Shown one piece after another: positions 1 through 7,175 of a stretch of 14,390 nt of DNA; positions within the stretch are counted from its first letter, which is position 1; each line of letters begins with the position of its first letter. Source of the stretch: Candidatus Micrarchaeota archaeon. Its GTDB lineage: Archaea > B1Sed10-29 > JAJSAI01. The translations under genes were made by a program, and so were the position numbers. The stretch spans positions 27,013-41,402 of the forward strand of contig CAZVAJ010000007.1 of assembly GCA_964625085.1 (NCBI GenBank), given 5' to 3'. The notes under the pieces are model-generated. The model was not told where the DNA came from and made no database searches. It saw only the letters and a program-made list of their open reading frames with translations.

Positions 1-842
1 TCTCCTACTGTTACTTCTTCTCCTGCTTGCATGTAGTGTCTGTTTCCGGACAGTAGGGTTATTTTTCCTGAGCCGTACTGGCTGGATTGTGTTCCAATAG
101 CATAGGTTTTTCCAAGCATTACTATCTCTGGGTATGTATCATAGCTTGCGTTTAGTGGGAAACCGTTTGTTCCGAAGTCTAGTCTGTAGATTATGTCTCC
201 GTATCTTGCCTTTAGGTAGAGTCCGTAATCTCCTGTGCTCCAGTCCTCTGCATAAGATGCTTTGAGGCCGGTTGTGTCTCCGGAGTATGTTCCGTATCCT
301 AGCTTGATCATTTCTTTGTAGGTGTACTGCTTGCTTGTTCCGCTCTCGGTTACTGTCAGTGTCCTCTGGGAGAGAACGTCAGGCAGCATCCCTGGTGGTT
401 CAATTGTTATGTTCTTGTATTGTGTTGAGTACGCGCCCATGCTGCCGCTTGCTTTTGTTAAGACTGCGTTGTACTCGTTGCTTGTTATTCCTTCTGTTAG
501 TCCTGCTGTTGTTGAGGATAGCTTTACTTTTGCGTTTTCTGTTGTTCCGCCTGTGCATGTGAGTGCACTCACGTCCACTTCACAGTTTGGAACTTCTGTG
601 AGCTGCTCGTAGTTCAGTGCAGTTAGTTTTGCAGCTACTTTTGCTGCGGAGATTCCGTCGCTGAGTTGTGCGCCAGAACCGACTACTACGCTCACGTCGT
701 TCAGGTTTTGTTTTATTTGGTTTACGTATGCAGATATTTGTGCTGGGTCTTTTTCAACGGCTAGCCCGGTAGATAGTACACTACCAACCATAGCAGCTCC
801 TGCTGCTATTGCGGCTATCCTCTTAGTGTTGATACTTCTCAT
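1..842 (-). CDS. S-layer protein, N-terminal part (runs off the window; absent from the ORF track)
   Basis: Manual translation from ATG 842: MRSINTKRIAAIAAGAAMVGSVLSTGLA (signal peptide) ... VSVVVGSGAQLSDGISAAKVAAKL, matching the VVG-x-x-A-x-x-D N-terminal motif of Methanococcales/Thermococcales-type S-layer proteins. Thr/Ser/Gly/Tyr-rich with N-x-S/T sequons (NIT, NAS). RBS GAGGTGA at 857-851. Confidence 0.85.
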   Translation of the reverse strand, partial: MRSINTKRIAAIAAGAAMVGSVLSTGLAVEKDPAQISAYVNQIKQNLNDVSVVVGSGAQLSDGISAAKVAAKLTALNYEQLTEVPNCEVDVSALTCTGGTTENAKVKLSSTTAGLTEGITSNEYNAVLTKASGSMGAYSTQYKNITIEPPGMLPDVLSQRTLTVTESGTSKQYTYKEMIKLGYGTYSGDTTGLKASYAEDWSTGDYGLYLKARYGDIIYRLDFGTNGFPLNASYDTYPEIVMLGKTYAIGTQSSQYGSGKITLLSGNRHYMQAGEEVTVG

Positions 843-879
843 GTTTCATTTCACCTCTTTTTTGGTTCACAAAGATTTA

Positions 880-913
880 TCAAAAGACGTGAAAATCAAT
901 TCACGTCTCTTGA
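880..913 (-). promoter_or_regulatory. Inverted repeat in the S-layer leader (5' hairpin or operator)
   Basis: TCAAAAGACGTGAA-aatcaa-TTCACGTCTCTTGA: 14-bp stem with a perfect 9-bp core (885-893/900-908); the one mismatch is a G-U pair on the minus-strand RNA. Confidence 0.6.
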
Positions 914-930
914 ACTTGATATGCTATTCA

Positions 931-946
931 TTTATAAATGTTTTGG
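931..946 (-). promoter_or_regulatory. Proximal BRE-TATA promoter of the S-layer gene
   Basis: Minus strand reads CCAAAACATTTATAAA, about 90 nt upstream of the ATG. Confidence 0.6.
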
Positions 947-1054
947 TAAATTTCATAACAATTGTCTATGTTCAATTCGTTGATGGTCAATTTTCATGTG
1001 TTTTTTCGTTCATCGTCCAAAATCCTTGGTTGTCTGGTGTAATTCAACCTTCCC

Positions 1055-1070
1055 TTTATAAATGTTTTCG
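1055..1070 (-). promoter_or_regulatory. Distal BRE-TATA promoter, duplicate of the proximal one
   Basis: Minus strand reads CGAAAACATTTATAAA; 14 nt are identical to 931-944. Confidence 0.55.
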
Positions 1071-1084
1071 CCAAGGGCAAAGGT

Positions 1085-1741
1085 TTATAAACCCTTCTTT
1101 TGTTCTTCGATCTCTTTTTTCCTAAGCTCGTTTTTTGCCTTTGCAAGTTCCTTGCGCAGGATGTTATTCTGCATGCTCAGGTTCACCACCATGCCAACAT
1201 AGTAGTGTGTGAAGTTAGCGACTTCCATAAAGCTGTCGTGAACTTCCTTTGGAGTGAGTTCTATGTTAGAAACTGGCTCTACAAGTTCTATGGAGCCGGG
1301 CCCGTAGTTTATTATCATGTGTATTATCTTATCAAAAGAACTTGCTCCAAAGTCAATTTCTATAAAATTAGAGTATGTTCCCTCTGCTTCATGAACATCT
1401 GCAAGTTCTAGGTCATGGATAATAATGTTCTCTTTTTTTATCTTGTCCACGAGCACTCCCATCTGGTTCTCAAGAGCTTCTTTTGATTTACTCACTCCTT
1501 CTATGCTCATTTTGACCCTGTACTTCTCTTTGACTTCGCCTGATGCTTTTTCTATTATTTTGTCAACCAGCTTGTACTTTTGCCCATCAAGCTGGACTAT
1601 CCTAAGGCTCATTAGCTTTTTGAGCGCTTGAACTAGCTCGTCAGCAGGAATCCCTGTTTTTTTCCTAAGCTCTATTGCATCCATGGGGCCTTCAAGCAGG
1701 GCCTTTCCTATTGCTACTTCTTCATCAGAAAATTTTATCAT
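1085..1741 (-). CDS. Hypothetical protein: N-terminal winged HTH, archaeal alpha/beta domain of unknown function, C-terminal coiled coil
   Basis: ALLEGPMDAIELRKKTGIPADELVQALKKLMSLRIV resembles a TrmB/ArsR-like wHTH. The middle region (MSIEGVSKSKEAL...YSNFIEIDF...NYGPGSIELVEP) resembles an uncharacterised archaeal family. Charged heptad tail. Confidence 0.65.
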   Translation of the reverse strand: MIKFSDEEVAIGKALLEGPMDAIELRKKTGIPADELVQALKKLMSLRIVQLDGQKYKLVDKIIEKASGEVKEKYRVKMSIEGVSKSKEALENQMGVLVDKIKKENIIIHDLELADVHEAEGTYSNFIEIDFGASSFDKIIHMIINYGPGSIELVEPVSNIELTPKEVHDSFMEVANFTHYYVGMVVNLSMQNNILRKELAKAKNELRKKEIEEQKKGL

Positions 1742-1802
1742 CCAAAATCCCTCTGAAACGCTTTTATACTATTATGAGTATTTAAAGAGAGGTGTTTACA
1801 GG

Positions 1803-2132
1803 ATGATGCTTTCATTATTACCCAATGTAAGCCAAGTGGTAAATGTTACTGGAAACGTTACTCAAGTAACAGAGCCTTTGAAAGCTTTTGCAGGAAACTT
1901 TGGACTGCTTCTTGGCGCGGTGATTCTGCTCGTCGGGTTTTTTCTTTTTATGAAGTATTTGAAGAATCTTGTAGCAAACGTGATCATAGGGATTGTTGGA
2001 CTGCTTATCCTGCGGTTTATCTTCGGAGTCCCTGTTCCATTGACTAATCCTCTTGTCCTGCTAATAGTAGTAATCGCAGGAATCCCTGGGCTTGCGGTTG
2101 TGCTTATAGCAGTTTTTCTTGGACTGCTATAA
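1803..2132 (+). CDS. BofA-like (pro-sigmaK processing inhibitor family) small membrane protein
   Basis: Start moved to ATG 1803 after GAGGTG (1789-1794). Three hydrophobic segments with N-x-I-I-G (LVANVIIGIVGL) and GIPG (IAGIPGLAVV) motifs typical of the BofA family. Confidence 0.75.
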   Translation: MMLSLLPNVSQVVNVTGNVTQVTEPLKAFAGNFGLLLGAVILLVGFFLFMKYLKNLVANVIIGIVGLLILRFIFGVPVPLTNPLVLLIVVIAGIPGLAVVLIAVFLGLL

Positions 2133-3191
2133 AAATTGCAAAGCAGGAGAACTTGTTTTTATGCTTCCTATTATCGGGATTCTTGTCCCACAAACCGGGC
2201 ATTTGTATTCCCCTTGTTTCCCCACCAGGTTTGATCTCTTTACTCCAAACCCGCTCCGTTCTATCAACATCTTCCCGCATTTTGGACAGTATGTGTGATT
2301 GTACCTGTGGCCTGGGACATTCCCTATGTAAACGTACTTCATGCCCTCTTCTTTGGCCCAGTCATACATTTTCTCAAGGGCCTCGACACTAGTTTCTGGA
2401 ACATCCATCATCTTGTACGCGGGGTAGAATCGAGTAAAGTGCCAGGGAACTTCGTCCGAGAGCTCTGTCCTGAGAAACTCAGCCATCCGGGTCACAAACT
2501 CCCTGTTATCATTGTCTCCAGGTATGACCAGCGTGATTATCTCAACATGCATTCCCGTCTTGTAGTAATCACGGATAGTGTCAAGGACCTTGTCCAAAAC
2601 CACTCCTCCGGCTATTTTTAGGTAGTGTTCTTCATCTCCTTTTAAGTCTATCCTTGCAGCATCCAGAAAATTTTTTGCAGCGTCTTTTATTGCATCCTGG
2701 CCTGTATAACCATTAGTAACAAACACGTTCAGCAAGCCTTTTTCTCTTGCTAGAATTCCAGTATCCTTGGCATACTCGTAGAAGATTGTGGGCTCCGTGT
2801 ACGTGTACGCGATTATCCGCGTGCCAAAACTTTCTGCTTCTTTAACCAGGTCTTCTGGCGGAATGTAAGGGGTTGGAAATTCTTCAGGGCTGGCTTGAGA
2901 TATGTCCCAGTTTTGACAATGAAGGCACCTAAAGTTGCAGCCCACTGTGGCAAAAGAGAAAGCTTGAGAACCGGGCCAGAAGTGGTAGAAAGGCTTCTTT
3001 TCTATTGGGTCAACAGCCATTCCTATCGCGTGCCCGTAGTTCAGGGAGTATAACGTGCCGTTAATGTTTTTTCTTACTCTGCAGAAGCCTGCGCTTCCTT
3101 CTGGAATAGTGCATTCCCTGCGGCACAAACGGCACTTGGCCCGCTTATTACCCAAATGATCATAAAACATGGCTTCTATAAATTCTTCCAT
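2127..3191 (-). CDS. amrS: AmmeMemoRadiSam system radical SAM enzyme (PflA-like)
   Basis: CNFRCLHC radical SAM triad, N-terminal CRLCRREC/GFCRVR, DPIEKKPFYHF, YTYTEP, C-terminal YIGNV and two CxxC motifs. Confidence 0.9.
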   Translation of the reverse strand: MEEFIEAMFYDHLGNKRAKCRLCRRECTIPEGSAGFCRVRKNINGTLYSLNYGHAIGMAVDPIEKKPFYHFWPGSQAFSFATVGCNFRCLHCQNWDISQASPEEFPTPYIPPEDLVKEAESFGTRIIAYTYTEPTIFYEYAKDTGILAREKGLLNVFVTNGYTGQDAIKDAAKNFLDAARIDLKGDEEHYLKIAGGVVLDKVLDTIRDYYKTGMHVEIITLVIPGDNDNREFVTRMAEFLRTELSDEVPWHFTRFYPAYKMMDVPETSVEALEKMYDWAKEEGMKYVYIGNVPGHRYNHTYCPKCGKMLIERSGFGVKRSNLVGKQGEYKCPVCGTRIPIIGSIKTSSPALQFL

Positions 3192-3277
3192 ACATTATAC
3201 CAGCACGGTCCAATGATAAAAATGTTTGCAACCGCTCGCGCATTCCCAAGGAACAAAAAGAATCGATATCCCTTTTT

Positions 3278-3916
3278 TCACTTAAAGACCCTGTAAGTAA
3301 ACCCTGCATATCCCATTACTGCAACCCATGTGAGGGGAGGTAATAAAACAAACAAGTGATAAACATAGTATAGCATTGTAAAGAAGATTACAAACACAGA
3401 TGAATGTATGAGACTATCAAGCTTTCTTACCAGCCTCTTGTCAGAAACTCTTCTGCGCACCAAGTACAGTACAGCAGGGAATGCGATAAAAAATATGAAT
3501 TCTAGACCAAGCCATAATCCTAAAGGAAGATTGAACTTGTCATCAAAAGGAGTAAACACCGCAGGCTGAACCTCAAAAAACGGGGCAAGAATAACAGCAA
3601 CAATTAGTGGGATATACCTGATCAGTCTCGGATTTTTCCCTGCTAGCAGAAGCCCTGCAGTGAGCACAAAGTACAGGGTTATCGCGGTAAACAAAGTGGC
3701 TGCTATCAGAAACAGCTCTGCATGTACCGGATCTGTTGCACTGTATTCCAAAAAGTCAGCAAACATCCAAAAAGCCACGGCAAGCATCGATCTGTTGTAC
3801 GCTATCCTGGCAGGATTTTTCGGTTTTGTCTTGGAAAGATTATAGTATAAAATACCGAACACGCCGGCAGCCAAAAGATAAGTCAGCGAGAACAGATTTA
3901 CTTCAAGCAAGCCCAT
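3278..3916 (-). CDS. Integral membrane protein with about 7 TM helices, resembling a stand-alone HisKA_7TM-type sensor domain
   Basis: About seven hydrophobic segments; 'SMLAVAFWMFADFLEY' resembles the pattern of 7TM sensor N-termini. No cytoplasmic output domain. Confidence 0.6.
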   Translation of the reverse strand: MGLLEVNLFSLTYLLAAGVFGILYYNLSKTKPKNPARIAYNRSMLAVAFWMFADFLEYSATDPVHAELFLIAATLFTAITLYFVLTAGLLLAGKNPRLIRYIPLIVAVILAPFFEVQPAVFTPFDDKFNLPLGLWLGLEFIFFIAFPAVLYLVRRRVSDKRLVRKLDSLIHSSVFVIFFTMLYYVYHLFVLLPPLTWVAVMGYAGFTYRVFK

Positions 3917-3941
3917 ACAAGCTAAAGCAAAGAATTAGAAG

Positions 3942-3988
3942 TTTAAATACCCTTTCACTTACTCCCCTCAAACTAAAAGATTTTTATA
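3942..3988. promoter_or_regulatory. Divergent TATA boxes for the 7TM gene (-) and lemA (+)
   Basis: TTTAAATA at 3942-3949, about 26 nt from ATG 3916; AAAAGA-TTTTTATA at 3975-3988, upstream of RBS GGTGA (4011-4015). Confidence 0.45.
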
Positions 3989-4022
3989 CTCTCCCTTCTT
4001 TTTAGTCGCAGGTGAAAGAACT

Positions 4023-4604
4023 ATGCTACCAATACTATCAATACTTGGGATAAGCCTGGGAGCCTTCATTGGTATTATATTCCTTGTAGCCCTCGTGCTC
4101 TATGCAATATACGCGTACAACTCGCTTGTAGGAGCAAGAAACCAGGCAGAAAACGCGTGGAGCCAGATAGACGTGCAGCTCAAAAAAAGAGCAGACCTTG
4201 TCCCCAACCTTGTTGAGACAGTAAAAGGGTATGCCAAGCACGAAAAAACAGTCTTTGAAGAGGTTACGAAAGCAAGGGCTGCCTTGATGCAAGCAGGCAC
4301 GATAGCAGAAAAGGCCAAAGCAAACAACATGCTCACAGGAGCCTTGAAATCACTGTTTGCAGTGGCAGAGAACTACCCTACTCTTAAAGCGTCTGAAAAC
4401 TTCAAGCTCTTGCAGGAACAGCTTGAGAGCATTGAATCAAAAATTGCATACGCCAGACAGTTCTACAATGATGCAGTGCTCGCTTATAACAATAAGATAC
4501 AGATGTTCCCAACCAATATCTTCGCAGGCATCTTCCACTTCACTAAGAAGGATTTCTTTGAAATACCAGAATCAGAAAAGGCAGTCCCAAAAGTAAAGTT
4601 CTAA
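4023..4604 (+). CDS. lemA: LemA family protein
   Basis: N-terminal TM helix, then [60 protein letters not shown]. Confidence 0.96.
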   Translation: MLPILSILGISLGAFIGIIFLVALVLYAIYAYNSLVGARNQAENAWSQIDVQLKKRADLVPNLVETVKGYAKHEKTVFEEVTKARAALMQAGTIAEKAKANNMLTGALKSLFAVAENYPTLKASENFKLLQEQLESIESKIAYARQFYNDAVLAYNNKIQMFPTNIFAGIFHFTKKDFFEIPESEKAVPKVKF

Positions 4605-4620
4605 AAAGGAGGGCCAGAAG

Positions 4621-5511
4621 ATGAGGCGGTTCTTCTTTTCAGAGATAAGACGGAATGACCTGCTTTCAATAGCCTTAATAACCTTCTTTTTAACCTTCTT
4701 CATGGGGATAGCGTTCGTTTTCGGGTACTTTATGGGCTTTTGGCTTACTGGCGTGGTTTTTATCGTAATGCTGTTAGTCATCGCTTATGAGTACTACTAT
4801 TCTGACAGAATCGTTCTAAGGCATTTTAAGGCAAGACCTGCTAACATGCGCGACCTTGATGAAGCGGAATTCCAGCACGCAGTAGAAGAGATGGCAATAG
4901 CTGCAGGACTGCCAACCCCAAAAGCTTATGTGATTGATGACCCTGCGCCGAATGCCTTTGCCACAGGCAGAAACCCAGAACATGCTGTGATCTGCGCTAC
5001 CACAGGCTTGTTAAAAATGATGGACAAAGATGAAGTTCTTGGAGTCGTAGGGCATGAGATGGGCCACGTCAAGAACAAGGACACTAAGATTATGACGCTT
5101 GCAGCAGTAATGGCAGGGACGATAGTTGCTCTAGCGTTCTTGTTCAGGAATGCTGCATTCTACGGGGGCCTAGGAAGAAACAGGGACAGTGGGCAAGCTG
5201 TCCTGATAGTGCTTCTGGCCGCATTAATAGCTTCTATTGTGGCCCCTATTTTTGCCGCAATGATCAAAGCAGTAATATCAAGAAAAAGAGAGTTCATGGC
5301 TGACGCGACAAGCGCGATGCTCACCAGGTACCCTGAAGGGCTTGCCAGAGCGCTTGAAAAGATAGCAGGGTACAAAAAACCGATGAAAAACGCTAATACA
5401 GGAAATGCTCACCTATTTATAGCAAACCCTTTGGGAAGCGTTAACCTCAAAGGAGTGTTCAGCACCCACCCTCCGATAGAAGAAAGGATAAAAAGGTTAA
5501 GAGAAATGTGA
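4621..5511 (+). CDS. htpX: HtpX-like M48 membrane zinc metalloprotease
   Basis: PNAFATGRNP, HEMGH (HExxH), SRKREFMAD, FSTHPPIEERI; four TM segments; follows lemA as is common. Confidence 0.95.
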   Translation: MRRFFFSEIRRNDLLSIALITFFLTFFMGIAFVFGYFMGFWLTGVVFIVMLLVIAYEYYYSDRIVLRHFKARPANMRDLDEAEFQHAVEEMAIAAGLPTPKAYVIDDPAPNAFATGRNPEHAVICATTGLLKMMDKDEVLGVVGHEMGHVKNKDTKIMTLAAVMAGTIVALAFLFRNAAFYGGLGRNRDSGQAVLIVLLAALIASIVAPIFAAMIKAVISRKREFMADATSAMLTRYPEGLARALEKIAGYKKPMKNANTGNAHLFIANPLGSVNLKGVFSTHPPIEERIKRLREM

Positions 5512-5514
5512 GGT

Positions 5515-6072
5515 TCAAGACCTCAACTCATCAAAAAGAGGCGAGCGTTTCTTTCGTTTCTTTTTGAGCCCTTCTCTTAAAAGCTGTTCCTGTTCCTTAA
5601 GCTTTTCTTCCCTCTCTTCAAGCTCTATAAGCTTTCTTTCAATAAACGCTTTGACTTCTTCTGCTTCCTCTTCCATCTCTCTCTTTAAACGGCCTGTTTC
5701 CATTCTGAGTCTTCTTGCCTCAGCATAAGCGCTTTTTGCTGATTCTCGCTCTTGCTCAATCTCTTGTTTCTCCTGTGCTAACTGTTTTCTCAGCTCCTGA
5801 ATTCTCTTCAGTTCAGGAGAGGCAAGCTTTTTGGGCTTGAGTATTTTTACACCTGTCTTTTCAGTTATCTTTATTCTACCATCTAAAAGTACCTCCACTT
5901 TCTGTCCCAGTCTTTTGGTTTTCCCCCCTTTCAAAACCTGAAAATACGTTCCCTTATACTTAAAAACAGTAGGAGAAACGAACTGAAGGTCTTTAAGCAC
6001 TCTTAATTTCCGTACTCTTGATTTCCGTGATTTTTTTCCAGCCATTTTTTTCTTGGCTTGCATTACACCCAT
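5515..6072 (-). CDS. Hypothetical Lys/Arg-rich coiled-coil protein
   Basis: 185-aa ORF: basic N-terminus, short beta-rich segment, long E/K/R/Q coiled coil, basic C-terminus. GAGGTAA precedes the ATG. Confidence 0.65.
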   Translation of the reverse strand: MGVMQAKKKMAGKKSRKSRVRKLRVLKDLQFVSPTVFKYKGTYFQVLKGGKTKRLGQKVEVLLDGRIKITEKTGVKILKPKKLASPELKRIQELRKQLAQEKQEIEQERESAKSAYAEARRLRMETGRLKREMEEEAEEVKAFIERKLIELEEREEKLKEQEQLLREGLKKKRKKRSPLFDELRS

Positions 6073-6111
6073 GTGACTATTACCTCATTCAAAGTTAAAA
6101 AAACCCTCTAA

Positions 6112-6119
6112 TTTATATA
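6112..6119. promoter_or_regulatory. TATA box between the divergent coiled-coil gene and the AbrB/tRNA-His unit
   Basis: TTTATATA in an A-rich intergenic gap; the only TATA-like element I see upstream of the tRNA. Confidence 0.55.
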
Positions 6120-6160
6120 GTGGGAAAAACACTACAGTATAATACGGTGAAAAAGGATGG

Positions 6161-6547
6161 ATTGCCTTCACGCTGGTAGCAAAGCTTGACAAGAAAAACA
6201 GGATAGTAGTGCCAGCTGAAGCCAGGCAAAAACTTGGGATAACTGATTCTGTGAAAATAGTGCTGGAGAATGACAGAGTAATCCTTTTAAAACCAAACGG
6301 AGAAAAAGGAGTACCCATCTCTCGCAATGTTCTTGAGATTGATGGCCGCGATAGTGTAGCGGTTAGCACTAGGGACTGTGGATCCCTCAGCCCGGGTTCA
6401 AAATCGTGGAGAGGAAGGCTTTCTGTGTTTTCCTCCTGCGGAGAAAATCCCGGTCGCGGCCCCATACAATCTTTCTTAGAAAACGATCTTGACCAAAGAA
6501 CAGGAAACTCCCTGCAAACAGGTTTTGGAGGACAGTGTCTTCATTGA
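6161..6547 (+). CDS. AbrB/MazE/SpoVT-family DNA-binding protein whose ORF continues through tRNA-His; start uncertain
   Basis: Frame open from 6143: IAFTLVAKLDKKNRIVVPAEARQKLGITDSVKIVLENDRVILLKP, the classic swapped-hairpin pattern (K-l-D-x-x-x-R-I-x-x-P-x-e-x-R-x-x-L-G-I). The track start GTG 6209 truncates the domain. ATG 6157 after GGTGA is out of frame; ATT 6161 and CTG 6173 are in frame. Confidence 0.7.
   Translation: MAFTLVAKLDKKNRIVVPAEARQKLGITDSVKIVLENDRVILLKPNGEKGVPISRNVLEIDGRDSVAVSTRDCGSLSPGSKSWRGRLSVFSSCGENPGRGPIQSFLENDLDQRTGNSLQTGFGGQCLH
6344..6464 (+). tRNA. tRNA-His(GUG) with encoded G-1 and CCA and a 45-nt intron at position 59/60
   Basis: Acceptor GCCGCGA/TCGCGGC, D stem GTGT/GCAC, anticodon stem AGGGA/TCCCT with CT-GTG-GA loop, T stem CCGGG/CCCGG, C73 and CCA (6462-6464). 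Removing 6403-6447 restores the T-loop TTCAAAT. Confidence 0.95.
6403..6447 (+). other. Non-canonical tRNA intron (T-loop, 59/60) with relaxed bulge-helix-bulge motif
   Basis: Bulge AAA 6401-6403, central helix UUCA/AGAA (one A.A mismatch), bulge AAU 6446-6448; intron stem 6404-6419 pairs with 6427-6441. Cleavage after the second nt of each bulge gives an exact 7-nt T-loop. Confidence 0.88.
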
Positions 6548-7175
6548 CTGCGGGGGCACGCCAGAGTATGTTCTTGTAAGAGACAAAGCAACATACCTTC
6601 TCTCCAAGGGAATCCCGACTGAGAGGATAGTCATTCTTCTCGACCCTTTTGATCTCTCCCGCAAGATGAGAACTATCTCACTTGGGAACAAGAAAGTAAA
6701 AATAAAAGTTAACGTCACTGATGTCAGAAAAACCGCAAGCAGCGTGAAAGTAGACTACACTCAGCTTAAAGGGAAACTGCCGACACAGGTTTATGAGTAT
6801 ATCTCGAAACAAGACCCTGAAAACCTACGGGATCTGATGAACTGTGTTGTAAGCGCACTCGCTCCCCCAGGAGTCAGGATCACAAAAACAGAGGACTGCC
6901 TAAACAAGGAGAATATCCCTCCAAGTACCCGTGTTAGAGTAGCATGCGCCAAATGCGGCGTGTTTTCATGGGTGCTTTACTCTGGAAAGACAGACTGCTG
7001 TAAGGTGCCTGCAGAAAAATGCAACGAGATGGTGCTGGAGAAGGGAATGCTTGAAAGACTGTTGGAACTGCAGAACATCCGCGTATTCGAAGACCTGACC
7101 GTGAAGATGAACACCATGTTCGAAAGCTATTTAACAAGAAAAGGGATAATGAGTACCGGAGGAAGTAAAACATGA
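6489..7175 (+). CDS. Cys-rich hypothetical protein, possibly a degenerate truncated class I lysyl-tRNA synthetase paralog
   Basis: 228-aa ORF with TTG start; stop overlaps the hisS ATG (ATGA). DCGGTP-EYVLV..LLSKG..ILLDPFDLSRK and VACAKCG..DCC resemble the LysRS1 N-terminal and zinc-binding segments, but there is no HIGH or KMSKS. Confidence 0.6.
   Translation: MTKEQETPCKQVLEDSVFIDCGGTPEYVLVRDKATYLLSKGIPTERIVILLDPFDLSRKMRTISLGNKKVKIKVNVTDVRKTASSVKVDYTQLKGKLPTQVYEYISKQDPENLRDLMNCVVSALAPPGVRITKTEDCLNKENIPPSTRVRVACAKCGVFSWVLYSGKTDCCKVPAEKCNEMVLEKGMLERLLELQNIRVFEDLTVKMNTMFESYLTRKGIMSTGGSKT

Noticed and set aside
945..1054. C/D-box sRNA or peptide between the tandem promoters
   Set aside because: No convincing RUGAUGA/CUGA pair; only very short ORFs such as MNEKTHEN.
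322..1125. Plus-strand ORFs 322-612, 335-562 and 826-1125
   Set aside because: Shadows of the minus-strand S-layer gene and its AT-rich promoter region.
1683..1802. N-terminal extension of the BofA-like ORF in the track
   Set aside because: Overlaps the divergent gene and promoter; the RBS supports ATG 1803.
6344..6464. tRNA as integration site of a mobile element, or split/pseudo-tRNA
   Set aside because: No integrase and no duplicated tRNA 3' end seen; the insertion is fully explained by a BHB intron.
6085..6465. 126-aa minus-strand ORF
   Set aside because: Antisense to the tRNA and AbrB domain, with no recognisable motif.
6161..7175. AbrB/MazE antitoxin-toxin pair
   Set aside because: The downstream ORF shows no PIN, MazF or Fic motifs, and a tRNA intervenes.
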